From the sequence record PX880100.1: a DNA stretch of 64,000 bases; one strand, 5' to 3'. Below are positions 52,144-61,972 of this stretch, one piece after another. Below the pieces are notes generated by a model, which was not told the origin of the DNA, made no database searches, and saw only the letters and a program-made list of their open reading frames with translations. Position 1 is the stretch's first letter, and every line of letters starts with the position of its first letter. The DNA comes from a phage. The position numbers and the translations under genes were made by a program.

Positions 52144-52575
52144 ATGTCTGATCGTTTCTATACTCAAATGGCGGAGCATTTTCGTATACCACATTACGAG
52201 CTAAACATTGCACTCCGTGATCATGACTCTCCTGAGTACAAAAAGCTCGAAAAGAAAGCGGAAAAATCTATTGATACAAAGGTAGGTGCATCTATGTCTA
52301 AGGGCAAAAAGTTAACTCGTCTTGATCTTAATAAAATTTTAACTGAACTTTTGGGTACTGATATTGAGGGTGCTAAATTACCGCTTATTGTACTAGAGAC
52401 TATGATTAAAAAGGTCAAAAATAAAGAATATAAGAAGGTAGAAGTCCCAGAAGGCAGATTAAAGGCTCCTTATCAGGAAGCATTAACCGAGTGTTTGGGT
52501 GTAAATCTTGATCTGAGCACCGCAACCGTAAAAACTATGAAAAACTTCTTAGAGGCCATTAATAACTATGAGTAA
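52144..52575 (+). CDS. hypothetical protein (143 aa)
   Basis: Track ORF downstream of promoter. Confidence 0.5.
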   Translation: MSDRFYTQMAEHFRIPHYELNIALRDHDSPEYKKLEKKAEKSIDTKVGASMSKGKKLTRLDLNKILTELLGTDIEGAKLPLIVLETMIKKVKNKEYKKVEVPEGRLKAPYQEALTECLGVNLDLSTATVKTMKNFLEAINNYE

Positions 52576-52858
52576 ATTAGTATATCTATTGAAAGGTTCC
52601 ACCTGCAATCCTTGCAAGATGTTTGAGCCAGTATTTGATAAAGTAGTCAGTGACTATAATTTGGAAATCCATAAAGAGACTGATAATACAGAATTAATGC
52701 AGAAATTTGGTGTGCGCCAAGTTCCTGTAGTAGTTCTAGCAGATCGCTTACCTAATGGTCGAGTAGAAGCCAATCATATTTTGATTGGACGTCAGCTTCG
52801 TAAAGAAACTATGCACGAAGCTATTAAAAATTTCCTGGATGATAATCCAGAGGACTAA
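52568..52858 (+). CDS. thioredoxin/glutaredoxin-like protein
   Basis: 96 aa; N-terminal CxxC active-site-like motif STCNPCK. Confidence 0.55.
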   Translation: MSKLVYLLKGSTCNPCKMFEPVFDKVVSDYNLEIHKETDNTELMQKFGVRQVPVVVLADRLPNGRVEANHILIGRQLRKETMHEAIKNFLDDNPED

Positions 52859-52865
52859 TAAACAA

Positions 52866-52896
52866 AGCCTGATCTTAGCGGATCAGGCTTTTATTT
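52866..52896 (+). terminator. rho-independent terminator
   Basis: AGCCTGATC...GATCAGGCT hairpin followed by TTTATTTTAC; approximate. Confidence 0.6.
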
Positions 52897-52899
52897 TAC

Positions 52900-52928
52900 T
52901 TGCTTTTTGCTAAAAATTTTGGTATAAT
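52900..52928 (+). promoter_or_regulatory. early promoter
   Basis: TTGCTT, 17-bp spacer, TATAAT; approximate. Confidence 0.55.
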
Positions 52929-52955
52929 ACTTATATAAATTGATTGGAGGATTAA

Positions 52956-53201
52956 ATGTTAGCGGAACAGGCAAAACGTTTAGCCAGGATAAATAGAGCT
53001 GCCCTTCTTAAGAGCAGAAAGAAACCATATAAATATGTTAAAAAGAGAATAGTTTCTTCTGTGGGGATTGGAGGTTCTTTTGTACAGTTTAATCGTGATG
53101 AAATCAGTTATGAGGCTATAAAAGCCCTCTATAAAGAGGGTTATACTCTACAACTATCTAATGATTATGGCACAACTATTTTAACTGTTATTTGGGAATA
53201 A
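52956..53201 (+). CDS. hypothetical protein (81 aa)
   Basis: Track ORF. Confidence 0.5.
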   Translation: MLAEQAKRLARINRAALLKSRKKPYKYVKKRIVSSVGIGGSFVQFNRDEISYEAIKALYKEGYTLQLSNDYGTTILTVIWE

Positions 53202-53203
53202 TT

Positions 53204-54067
53204 ATGAAAAAAGAATTTAATGTACATAAAACTCTAGTAGTGCCAGATGACGCCAACTTGTTTTTCGTCGGTGATATTCATGGATGCAATGATTTGCTAG
53301 AAGATGCACTGAAATTAGCTGGGTATAATAGCAAAAAAGATTGCTTAGTATGTGTTGGTGACTTAATTGACCGAGGCACACAAAACCTACAAGTTTTAGC
53401 CAAATTCCTGTATAATCCACATTTTGTCAGTGTCCGTGGTAATCACGACCAGTTTATGATTGCAGGAGATTGGGCTAATTGGATGTATAACGGTGGTATA
53501 TGGGCTATGGAAGAGCTGGATGCAGACACCATTAAAAATATCGCCGAAGATATGGCTGAAAAAATGCCAGTATTCCTAACTGTTAGACATCGTGGTAAGA
53601 AGTATGGTGTTGTTCATGGTGGTGTACCTTTTACATACAAAGAATGCGGTAATGAGGTAGAAACCCCAGTATGGGATAATCTTATTGCACAAGTAGAAGC
53701 AGCTAAGGAAGACCCACATGACCATCCTGGATACCATATTGAACCATATTTATGGGATCGAGATGTAATCCAAGAAATAGGCTTCTACTTGTCCAAAAAC
53801 GGTGAGGAACATCCGTATTTTCAGCGTTATGCAGGATTTAAAGAAAAATACATGGTAGAAGTGCCCGAAGTTAAAGGGGTAGATTTCGTGTTTCATGGAC
53901 ATACTGGAGTACCTTACCCACTTCTTTATAAAAACCGTGTTTACCTTGATACTGGCGGTGTTTTCAACGGGCAGTTGACGGTTGCGCAAGTTAACGATGA
54001 AACTGGCAAAATCACCACATTTACCACAGACAAAAATAATAGCTGCGGTGTACAGAGGATTCTTTAA
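53204..54067 (+). CDS. Ser/Thr protein phosphatase (calcineurin-like metallophosphoesterase)
   Basis: Motifs GDIHGC, GDLIDRG, GNHD in canonical order; ATG at 53204 (track frame begins at TTG 53192). Confidence 0.8.
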   Translation: MKKEFNVHKTLVVPDDANLFFVGDIHGCNDLLEDALKLAGYNSKKDCLVCVGDLIDRGTQNLQVLAKFLYNPHFVSVRGNHDQFMIAGDWANWMYNGGIWAMEELDADTIKNIAEDMAEKMPVFLTVRHRGKKYGVVHGGVPFTYKECGNEVETPVWDNLIAQVEAAKEDPHDHPGYHIEPYLWDRDVIQEIGFYLSKNGEEHPYFQRYAGFKEKYMVEVPEVKGVDFVFHGHTGVPYPLLYKNRVYLDTGGVFNGQLTVAQVNDETGKITTFTTDKNNSCGVQRIL

Positions 54068-54366
54068 TGAATGATAGAATGAAAGAGGTACGAGAAGAAT
54101 TACAAGCCATGCATATTGATGCCCTTCGTTGGAGGGCATTAGTTAATGCTTTCGTCAAAGGAGATACCGGAGTAATATATTCTGGAATAGCAGTCAATTT
54201 TTGTTTTAATTCTCCTGCTGAAATAGAGATAGAGACAAGGCTTACTACCTATCTTAATGAGGTAGACCTTAAGGAAGGAGAGACTCCTGAGGAGTTTAAA
54301 ACCAAAGTGTTAACCTCTTGGGTTGATAGTTTAATACAGAATAAGGAAAAGAGTAATGAAAGTTAA
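54067..54366 (+). CDS. hypothetical protein (99 aa)
   Basis: Track ORF, start overlapping upstream stop. Confidence 0.5.
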   Translation: MNDRMKEVREELQAMHIDALRWRALVNAFVKGDTGVIYSGIAVNFCFNSPAEIEIETRLTTYLNEVDLKEGETPEEFKTKVLTSWVDSLIQNKEKSNES

Positions 54367-54946
54367 ATTCTGGTCAGACTTGCACTTAGACCACCCTGGA
54401 GCGTTACGTTTCCGTCCGTGGTTTAAGAACATGAAAGAGCACGATGAGTATATTCTAGATACTTTGTCCAAGCATATTGGTAAGCGAACAAAACTTATTT
54501 TGCTAGGGGATATTGCAGTAGGTCGTGAAGGTCTGGCCAAATTAAAGTCGGTTATCCACAATGTTCCTAACCAACTCATTATGGGTAATCATGATGCGGA
54601 ACGTCAAGGACTGAGCATTAGGGACTTAGCAGAAGTTTATGATGATATTCAGGCTCTAGGTAAACAGACTGGAGGTGGCAAAAAGTTTTGGCTATCTCAC
54701 TGCCCTTTACATCCTAATGAACTTCGTGGCAAACTAAATATTCACGGACATGTACATACTATTTCTTTACGTGACCCACGTTATATTAATGTCTCATTTG
54801 AAATGAGTAAAACTCCAGTTCCACTAGAGGATATTGTGTCTGGTAAGTTTACTAGCTATGACAGAGTAGTTAATTGTACTACCGGTGAAGTATTACAAAT
54901 AGGGGAAGATGTAGCTGCTGTATTACGTGGTGATATAAATGTCTGA
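54356..54946 (+). CDS. metallophosphoesterase (second calcineurin-like phosphatase)
   Basis: 196 aa; LGDIAVGREG and MGNHD motifs, GHVH near C-terminus. Confidence 0.65.
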   Translation: MKVKFWSDLHLDHPGALRFRPWFKNMKEHDEYILDTLSKHIGKRTKLILLGDIAVGREGLAKLKSVIHNVPNQLIMGNHDAERQGLSIRDLAEVYDDIQALGKQTGGGKKFWLSHCPLHPNELRGKLNIHGHVHTISLRDPRYINVSFEMSKTPVPLEDIVSGKFTSYDRVVNCTTGEVLQIGEDVAAVLRGDINV

Positions 54947-55054
54947 GTATATAGCTGAGGCTATTATTAAACGAATCATACAAGCGATAGCAATACTTAT
55001 AATCCTTTGTATTGCTATTGGTACGGGATTAGGCATTTTAATTAAAAGTTTTAT

Positions 55055-55083
55055 TTGCTAAAATGCTTAAGTTTCTGTATAAT
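55055..55083 (+). promoter_or_regulatory. early promoter
   Basis: TTGCTA, 17-bp spacer, TATAAT; approximate. Confidence 0.55.
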
Positions 55084-55113
55084 TACTTTATAAATTGATG
55101 AGAAGGAATCAAA

Positions 55114-55545
55114 ATGAACAAAGTTGATAAAGCTCTAGTTTTCGCAGCAGCAGATAAGTTTGAACAAGTTAAGGCAACTTTCCGAACCCTGTTCCAGTCT
55201 TACGTTCAGGATAAGTCTAATCCTATTTCTGAACGTTTGATGGTCTGGGAATGCCATGCCTGCAATGCCCTATTAATTGCGGATTATCGTAGCGATATAG
55301 ATAAAGATCTGTGCGAAATCCTTATCCCTGAGGAGGCAGAACGTTATCAGTTAATCTCTTTCCAAGATTTGGCGGAACATATCATTCCTGATGATCTTTG
55401 GGATAAATACTACGGTGATCCTGAGGACGAAGGAATGACTCCAGAAGCCTGTATTGAGCTGATCTGCAAAGATCATCCTGAAATTGCAGAGAAATTTGAA
55501 AAAGTTTTTGCTTCTGAGTTCTCCGGCGTTGTTAACGATTGGTAA
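55114..55545 (+). CDS. hypothetical acidic protein (143 aa)
   Basis: Track ORF downstream of promoter. Confidence 0.5.
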   Translation: MNKVDKALVFAAADKFEQVKATFRTLFQSYVQDKSNPISERLMVWECHACNALLIADYRSDIDKDLCEILIPEEAERYQLISFQDLAEHIIPDDLWDKYYGDPEDEGMTPEACIELICKDHPEIAEKFEKVFASEFSGVVNDW

Positions 55546-55562
55546 GTAATTAAAAAATTCAG

Positions 55563-55591
55563 TTGCTTTAAGCCTTAAAATTCTGTATAAT
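55563..55591 (+). promoter_or_regulatory. PN25-type early promoter
   Basis: TTGCTT, 17-bp spacer, TATAAT, then AAGTTCATAAATTAATGAGAGAGG; approximate. Confidence 0.55.
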
Positions 55592-55623
55592 AAGTTCATA
55601 AATTAATGAGAGAGGAAATTCTA

Positions 55624-55875
55624 ATGGAAAACATGACTAAAAACGAAATGGCTAACGTTCTGGCAATTCTCCTCGACATGCAGGGTTTTGAGGGTCAGCT
55701 CATGAAGATGTCTATTCCGGCAATGAAAAAGATGTATGATTCTCTGAATAAGAATGCTATGGCGTTCAACCTCGCAAAACAGGAAGCACGTTTTGCGAAA
55801 GAGCATCAAGCGACTGCCGAACGTCGTGCAGCATCTTTTGAGCGTGAAGTTAAGCAACTGAAAGGTAAGAAATAA
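55624..55875 (+). CDS. hypothetical protein (83 aa)
   Basis: ATG at 55624; track frame begins at 55606. Confidence 0.5.
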   Translation: MENMTKNEMANVLAILLDMQGFEGQLMKMSIPAMKKMYDSLNKNAMAFNLAKQEARFAKEHQATAERRAASFEREVKQLKGKK

Positions 55876-56039
55876 TGGAAAGGGTATCAATTGCACTCCT
55901 ATCATTACTTATAGGAATACTAGTATATAATATGGTTGCTCTTAACATACACTTAACCGAAGTAGACAAGTCTCTCCATGAGCTAAATGTAGAGATTTGC
56001 AAAGTAACTCCAAATAACGAAAAATGTAAGGGTATTTAA
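55875..56039 (+). CDS. hypothetical small membrane peptide (54 aa, below track cutoff)
   Basis: ATG overlapping the upstream TAA (TAATG) and stop overlapping the next ATG; hydrophobic core IALLSLLIGILVYNMVAL. Confidence 0.45.
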   Translation: MERVSIALLSLLIGILVYNMVALNIHLTEVDKSLHELNVEICKVTPNNEKCKGI

Positions 56040-56320
56040 TGTTAATTGAAATTCTTATTGGATTGTTAGTGCTTATGACACTAGCAGCGATTGGTGGGAT
56101 TATTGGTATTGTAAGCATACGAAAAAATATGGAGAGTATGCTTATTACTAATAGTGGACTCCACTGTCGCTTAATAGAACAAGAACAAGATATTGAACTA
56201 GCACAAAGACGCTCAGATATTCTAAAAGAAAAACTAAACAATATTGAAGCAATAGTTGGGAATACAAAATTACCTAATAAAGTGATGCGTGCACAGATAA
56301 TTACGGAGATTAAAAAATGA
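56039..56320 (+). CDS. hypothetical membrane protein (93 aa)
   Basis: Track ORF; N-terminal TM segment. Confidence 0.5.
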   Translation: MLIEILIGLLVLMTLAAIGGIIGIVSIRKNMESMLITNSGLHCRLIEQEQDIELAQRRSDILKEKLNNIEAIVGNTKLPNKVMRAQIITEIKK

Positions 56321-56562
56321 TGATGTTTATTCTAGCGTTTTATCTAATTGTGGTTGGTGTACTGGTTACTAAATACCACACATGGACGCCAAAGAATGTT
56401 GTTAAGGTAGCCTTATTTGTTATCCCAGTTCCACTTATTATCTTTTCTATGTTACTGGTGATGTTAGTTGGTAAAGTAACAAAAACCGATATTAAACGTA
56501 TTGCTGATGAATTACAACAGTCTTGTGATATGGTAGAGGATATTCTCAAAGATGAAGCTTAA
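56317..56562 (+). CDS. hypothetical membrane protein (81 aa)
   Basis: Track ORF; two hydrophobic segments. Confidence 0.5.
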   Translation: MMMFILAFYLIVVGVLVTKYHTWTPKNVVKVALFVIPVPLIIFSMLLVMLVGKVTKTDIKRIADELQQSCDMVEDILKDEA

Positions 56563-56878
56563 TTTTAATGAATTAAATACCTTACATGAGATACTACAGT
56601 TTGTAAATAATAATATTAGTATTCCAGATGATACATTAGAAGTTCTCACGTTAATCGAGAAAAAGGTAGGAATTGAGATTGAGGACTCTTGGAAACCACT
56701 CTCTGTATTAACACCACTTAATATGAAAGTGATAGTTAAAAATATTGATACTGGTGAAGAGTGTGAAATGATTCGTAAAGAACTAGCTGATAGCTATTCA
56801 CCAAAGTCTGTAGTAATGTACCATGATGATACCGCTAAGACTCTACAGACAGCTAATTACGTATGGCGTCTCCCATGA
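56552..56878 (+). CDS. hypothetical protein (108 aa)
   Basis: Track ORF. Confidence 0.5.
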   Translation: MKLNFNELNTLHEILQFVNNNISIPDDTLEVLTLIEKKVGIEIEDSWKPLSVLTPLNMKVIVKNIDTGEECEMIRKELADSYSPKSVVMYHDDTAKTLQTANYVWRLP

Positions 56879-56977
56879 TTGATTTAGTACCAATTACTGC
56901 GGGGCTACTAGCACTATTAGTGCTCGCAGTTTTTATTATTGTGGAGCAGGCCAAAGTAATAAGGAGACTTAAAAACA

Positions 56978-57178
56978 ATGATAAAACGTCTTGTTTATCA
57001 GGCACCAAAGATTGTAACTGAGTATTTTGTATTACTGCCTCAGATTGTATTTCTAACAGCGTTATTTAATATACTTTTTCAACATCTAGGAATAACGGAA
57101 AATATCTTCTACACTTCTGAACTACTTCCTTTTATGTACGAAGGCATCATCGTGGCAATTAACGGAGTTCGTAAATGA
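56978..57178 (+). CDS. hypothetical membrane protein (66 aa)
   Basis: Track ORF; hydrophobic. Confidence 0.45.
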   Translation: MIKRLVYQAPKIVTEYFVLLPQIVFLTALFNILFQHLGITENIFYTSELLPFMYEGIIVAINGVRK

Positions 57179-57636
57179 CAGCACTACAACAACTACAGAA
57201 TTACTGGTTTGATAACCAATTTAACGATCTCTTTATCCAGTTATTTGTCGAAACGAACGGACGCTTCAACTACCGATTCTTTAATAAGTTTCACGAAACA
57301 AAATTCTCGCATACAGAAATTAATGCAGCGATCCAAGACCTAACTGGTTCTAAAGTAATCCAGTATCGTGAAGTCTACTTCACACCAGATTGTTTTGGGT
57401 TTGAATTGTTTAAGAAAGCATATAAATTTGGTAAGTTTGAAGATGCTCGTCAATGGGTTTACGATTTCTGGTACAACACTGATATTGTTCCTAGTCGTGT
57501 GCTGATTCTTAACTGGATTGCTAAGCAACATCCACCTAAAGCTCAATCGTCCTTCTTACCAACTGACACAGGAAATCTCTACCATGACAGAAAAGAAAAA
57601 TCCATTGCTGGAGCAGATGAAGGAATGGGAGAGTAA
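57175..57636 (+). CDS. hypothetical protein (153 aa)
   Basis: Track ORF. Confidence 0.5.
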   Translation: MTALQQLQNYWFDNQFNDLFIQLFVETNGRFNYRFFNKFHETKFSHTEINAAIQDLTGSKVIQYREVYFTPDCFGFELFKKAYKFGKFEDARQWVYDFWYNTDIVPSRVLILNWIAKQHPPKAQSSFLPTDTGNLYHDRKEKSIAGADEGMGE

Positions 57637-57955
57637 TATTGAATCTGGTCTAGTAGACGGAGAAGATATTGTTAACTCTATGTTAGAAGTAACAATAGAT
57701 AATATTAACCCTATTTTGGCCAGTGAAACCTCAGATCTTATAGGACTTTCTAGTACTTTCGATTCTTTAGCTAAATTAGCTTTAGATGATGAAGAGATAA
57801 CCAAAGAAGATCTCGCCTCAGCTATGAATATGGCTATTAACGCTTACATTGGCAAACGTACCGATGAACTTGACAAACAAATCAAAAAGCGTGATACAAC
57901 GTTAAATCTTATGGAAACGGCCACTATTTTAAGAAGTGGTAAACAACTTCATTAA
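57584..57955 (+). CDS. hypothetical acidic protein (123 aa)
   Basis: ATG at 57584 with AGGAAA RBS, in frame with track ORF 57518..57955. Confidence 0.45.
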   Translation: MTEKKNPLLEQMKEWESNIESGLVDGEDIVNSMLEVTIDNINPILASETSDLIGLSSTFDSLAKLALDDEEITKEDLASAMNMAINAYIGKRTDELDKQIKKRDTTLNLMETATILRSGKQLH

Positions 57956-57960
57956 TTCTA

Positions 57961-57994
57961 GAGGCCAGGACTTAATTGTTCTGGCCTTTTGTGT
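57961..57994 (+). terminator. rho-independent terminator
   Basis: GGCCAGGA...TCTGGCC hairpin followed by TTTTGTGTTT; approximate. Confidence 0.55.
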
Positions 57995-58009
57995 TTCAAG
58001 GAACTTCAA

Positions 58010-58213
58010 ATGCAAGTATATGTCCTTACTAGAGATATAAATGAGTATAATCAGGATGGAGAGTATTTTGTAAAAGTATTCGCTGAAAAGCCAAGTAAAC
58101 AACAATTATTAGATGCTGGAGTACCAGAAGACCAGGCTAAGTGTATACTACAAGATAAAGAGTTTACTGGTGATGCTTACGAATGTTTCTACCTTAGCTG
58201 TGAGAATATCTAA
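58010..58213 (+). CDS. hypothetical protein (67 aa)
   Basis: ATG in frame with track ORF 57989..58213. Confidence 0.45.
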   Translation: MQVYVLTRDINEYNQDGEYFVKVFAEKPSKQQLLDAGVPEDQAKCILQDKEFTGDAYECFYLSCENI

Positions 58214-58214
58214 T

Positions 58215-58661
58215 ATGAGAGAAAAAGTAAATGAATTATTAATCGAGGAAGCTAACAACTTCCCAATAAATAGGTTTATCAAATCGGATGGATCTATTAA
58301 TAGAACTAAGATTAAGCAGCTACATCCCGACTTTCAACAAGAAGCGCTAAACCTTATATTTATCAAGAAAGCTGTTGCAGCTCATGGAGTTTTCTTTGGG
58401 TATGAACGTGTAAATTATAAGACAATGCAACAGCAAGTAGAGATCTATTGTCCAGATCATGATGGTTATTACTGGCAAACTGCTAGATCTCATTTAGAAG
58501 GGCATGGTTGTCGACTGTGTGCACACAAGGTTGTGCAGCGTGTCACGGATTATGGAACTTATACAGTACCAGCATGTTATCATAAATTTGTAATTGACGA
58601 TAATCATATAGTTTGGTATAATAAGTTTTCAAAGTTAAGAATGGAGATAAATAGTGAGTAG
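58215..58661 (+). CDS. hypothetical protein (148 aa)
   Basis: ATG at 58215 in frame with track ORF 58113..58661; Cys/His cluster CPDHDGYYW...HGCRLCAHK. Confidence 0.45.
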   Translation: MREKVNELLIEEANNFPINRFIKSDGSINRTKIKQLHPDFQQEALNLIFIKKAVAAHGVFFGYERVNYKTMQQQVEIYCPDHDGYYWQTARSHLEGHGCRLCAHKVVQRVTDYGTYTVPACYHKFVIDDNHIVWYNKFSKLRMEINSE

Positions 58662-58944
58662 CTATATTATATGGTCAAACCCATTAGCAGCACTTAGTAA
58701 CAAACTATTTAAAACAACGTGGGGATATAATGAAATAGACTTAAGCAGTCGCCCAATATCAAATACATGCTCTCTAGTCCCAGATCTGTATAAAGTAGTA
58801 ATAAATAGCGTAGAATATTTGGTTGACGAATTTGATAGAAGACATATACTAGAGGGCATTTATGATAACAATACATCAATGAATGAATTGATAGAACATG
58901 CCCAAATGTGTGATAAAAGCTGGATGTTAATATGGAAGTCATAG
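58654..58944 (+). CDS. hypothetical protein (96 aa)
   Basis: Track ORF. Confidence 0.45.
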   Translation: MSSYIIWSNPLAALSNKLFKTTWGYNEIDLSSRPISNTCSLVPDLYKVVINSVEYLVDEFDRRHILEGIYDNNTSMNELIEHAQMCDKSWMLIWKS

Positions 58945-59165
58945 CAATTATTTTAGTAATTATGTTATTCATCGTAATACTTGTATCTTTTGCTATTATG
59001 CATAGAGCCAGAGAATTAGCAGAAGATGTAGTAAAATTACGGGGTGAGTTGGCCGCTCTCAAACTACAACGTGAAGCTCTCAAGCTATTCGTAGCTCAAG
59101 GTAGCGTGGAGCATACAGCGGAAGACTTCATCATATATCTCAAACGTTACATGGGAATCAAATAA
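58932..59165 (+). CDS. hypothetical membrane protein (77 aa)
   Basis: Track ORF; N-terminal TM segment. Confidence 0.45.
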   Translation: MEVIAIILVIMLFIVILVSFAIMHRARELAEDVVKLRGELAALKLQREALKLFVAQGSVEHTAEDFIIYLKRYMGIK

Positions 59166-59350
59166 TGGAAACTCTTTTTCTTTTAATGCTCGTAGGTTCA
59201 CTGCTATTAATACTAGCACTTCTGCTAATCTGCAACATTCTTAATAATAAGAATCTAGAGTTAAAGTGTGAGAACCAAATCCTTAACCGTGAACTTAAAC
59301 AATATAATCTAGCAGCCCATAAACTGTTAGACAAACTGGAGAATAAATAA
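59165..59350 (+). CDS. hypothetical membrane protein (61 aa)
   Basis: Track ORF; N-terminal TM segment. Confidence 0.45.
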   Translation: METLFLLMLVGSLLLILALLLICNILNNKNLELKCENQILNRELKQYNLAAHKLLDKLENK

Positions 59351-59964
59351 TGTTTACACAACAACCTATTCAAGTAGTACCAGACCATGAACTGAACACA
59401 TGGGATTATAGCTTTAAAGATTTAACTGCTACTGTACAATTCAAATCTATGAAGCTAACATTTGCACACACTGACCTTAGAGCCTGTAAAGATCTTGAAA
59501 GTAAGCTCGAAGATGCTCGTAAGATTTTTGGCACGGCTCGCATCCCGGCTGATAACCTGATTAATGCACTGATCGATGCAGGGTACAAACTTGTGAAGAC
59601 TGAGGTAAATCGTCCCAGTACCCCAGTGACTATTAGAGATCCGTGGCAATCAGGGCCAATCGCAATGCTAAATAACTCCGATAAAAGATTAATGTCGGAT
59701 ATGCACAATGTTCCTTGTGGGGGTGTGATAAGTAGTACGCAGTCATATAAGTTTGCGGAAGATTACGGCCCATCTGTGCAGTTAAAACATACTCAAGAAG
59801 CTTTTGAATCTGATATACGAAGCGCAGCACCTGCGGATGCTGGAGTTTCTAGGAGTTCTGTTTGTACTACTCATTTTAATAATCCTAGTAAACATGGAAG
59901 TTTAGAGGATGCTATTATGGAGGCGTTAGGAGCTGCTCTTAATGAAGATAAGAGAGGTAATTAA
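59350..59964 (+). CDS. hypothetical protein (204 aa)
   Basis: Track ORF, start overlapping upstream stop. Confidence 0.5.
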   Translation: MFTQQPIQVVPDHELNTWDYSFKDLTATVQFKSMKLTFAHTDLRACKDLESKLEDARKIFGTARIPADNLINALIDAGYKLVKTEVNRPSTPVTIRDPWQSGPIAMLNNSDKRLMSDMHNVPCGGVISSTQSYKFAEDYGPSVQLKHTQEAFESDIRSAAPADAGVSRSSVCTTHFNNPSKHGSLEDAIMEALGAALNEDKRGN

Positions 59965-60854
59965 TGGGATTTTATAGTAATAGAAAACCAAAAGGTGTAA
60001 CTGGTAAATTCGCAGTTGAAGAAAGACCTTTTCCACCAGTAGATGTAGAGAAACTACGTGAACTTCTAGAAATGCTAGAAGGTTGCCATGAACGTTGTTA
60101 TTCTGAACTCTCTTTAAATGAGAAACGTGTTGTTGAGATGTTCTGTATTCGTTCAGCTAGAACAGCTAAAGGTACTTCTCCAAAAGATGAAGTAAAAGAA
60201 TACAGAGTTCTAGTGATGCATGCTTGGGCACAACGTTTTGCAGTTCATTCACTTCAGGAATGGTTTAATCTTCCAGCATATAAAGATTTCCATGTTTATG
60301 AAGATGAAGTTATGAATTATAATGAGTTGTATGGTTTGTCTTTCAAAAAGACAGGCTCACCGATGCATGATGCACTCAATTCATTCCCTGATCATTACCT
60401 TCCAGTTCGTGAATACAGAGATCGTGAAGGAAATAAACCCTGCTTCACTATTTGGAACAAGTCTAAGACGATATCTGATCTAGATAATTATTGGTTCCGC
60501 ACAAAAGAAGGATTCCTAGGAACAGAGCCTTTACCTAAGGATCTCAAACCTATCCTTCCGCCTGCGAAACCTAAGCATGAAGTAACGATTGCTATTAATA
60601 GAATAATTCTAGGAGCAGATGATCTTACTAAACAAATCGCCGCAGTTATCGCAGTTCTATTTGATGGTACAAATTCTTCTGCACGTTATGAGAAGCTAAC
60701 AGGTAACAAATTGCAGATACCTAACGAGTTATATGAGAGTTCGTGCAAGATCTATGATAATTTTAGTAAAGTAGATTACCCCGTGAGGTCCATCAAAGAA
60801 CTCATGGAGTATGCGGAGATGGGGATGAAAGGAAATCTCATGTTCGATGAATAA
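59964..60854 (+). CDS. hypothetical protein (296 aa)
   Basis: Track ORF; last rightward gene before the repeat region. Confidence 0.5.
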   Translation: MGFYSNRKPKGVTGKFAVEERPFPPVDVEKLRELLEMLEGCHERCYSELSLNEKRVVEMFCIRSARTAKGTSPKDEVKEYRVLVMHAWAQRFAVHSLQEWFNLPAYKDFHVYEDEVMNYNELYGLSFKKTGSPMHDALNSFPDHYLPVREYRDREGNKPCFTIWNKSKTISDLDNYWFRTKEGFLGTEPLPKDLKPILPPAKPKHEVTIAINRIILGADDLTKQIAAVIAVLFDGTNSSARYEKLTGNKLQIPNELYESSCKIYDNFSKVDYPVRSIKELMEYAEMGMKGNLMFDE

Positions 60855-60861
60855 ACTCTAC

Positions 60862-60890
60862 TTGACGTTATGATTTCTGCATGTTATAAT
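60862..60890 (+). promoter_or_regulatory. promoter directed into the ORF-free repeat region
   Basis: TTGACG, 17-bp spacer, TATAAT; no ORF downstream; approximate. Confidence 0.45.
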
Positions 60891-61193
60891 AACTCTATGA
60901 AATAACATAGAATAAAGAGATCCACCCGGATACGGATAGTGGATGGGAAACTTCTATTTCCCCCGTAGCTTGTCGGAGGGCTAGGGAAATCTTAAGAAGT
61001 TTTGTACCATCTCACGCAATTCGTATCCCAGGGGTGGAGCATCTCTTCCAATCTTTGGGGGATCTTATATTTAAATTAAAGGTAAAACTTTTGACCACAT
61101 AATTTACATTCAAGATGATACACTTGTTGCCACCGCTCTTCCTAGGATGGCACGACACTTTCTAGTAGACTCCTAAGTTTCTAGGAAAATCCT

Positions 61194-61930
61194 GTCGTAT
61201 TTGCACATATTATAGGGCAGTTTCTCTCCTGCTATAAATATCCTAGGCCGGTTTTCCTACACAGGGCGGTTATTGGGAGGGCGGTTATTTCTAGAAGACA
61301 TTTTTCCAAAACACATTTCCAGAATTCATTGTCGGATTCGCACATTGTGTTTCTAGAAATTTATGGTCGGATTTGCACAATCGCCTAAGTTTTTAGGAAC
61401 ATATAATCTCCTGAAAATGGCAGCATTATTTCGGGCCGAAGGCCCATGATTGCCTGAGTTTTTAGAGCCACAAGAATTTTCGCTTGTCAAGCTATTTTGC
61501 CCCATTTAGCTAATAAAATTTTACCTTTTCTGCACTTATCTCAAATTAACCCAAATCTTCTCAACTCTTCCCCAAAATCCCCGCAAATCAGGTGCTCCGC
61601 ACCAAACATGCACCTCTCTCACAGTTCTCTCAAATTTTTCTCGCTCTCTCAACTTCTCCCCGAACTCATACAATCACACACCCTCTAATCGAAGTCACAA
61701 AAATCTTGTCGGATTCGCACAAATAAACCCATGTCGGATCTGCACATACTCTAGCTAATTCCACAGGATTGATGCGCAGCATCGGATTGCTGGAGTTTTT
61801 GGGAAAATTCATTGTCGGATTTGCACACTATAAAAATTTTTCGGGTCGGATTTGCACACTACCAAAAATTGTCGGATTTGCACATACACGCCCACGCGTA
61901 ATCCATGGGGGCAAATGTCGGATTTGCACA
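61194..61930. repeat. nine dispersed copies of a 14-bp motif GTCGGAT(T/C)(T/C)GCACA
   Basis: Copies at about 61194, 61331, 61366, 61708, 61733, 61814, 61845, 61871, 61917, all in the same orientation with irregular spacing (25-342 bp). Confidence 0.7.
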
Positions 61931-61934
61931 AAAG

Positions 61935-61952
61935 CGCAGGGCAATTGCCCTG
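61935..61952. repeat. perfect 18-bp palindrome GCAGGGCAATTGCCCTGC
   Basis: Read directly; could form a hairpin or cruciform. Confidence 0.7.
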
Positions 61953-61972
61953 CTCGCCTGAATGCGAATAAA

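Noticed and set aside
61194-61930. Possible CRISPR array, given the regularly recurring 14-bp motif
   Set aside because: The repeat is only 14 bp, spacing is highly irregular (25 to 342 bp), intervening sequences are not unique-spacer-like, and no cas genes are present; more consistent with protein-binding site repeats.
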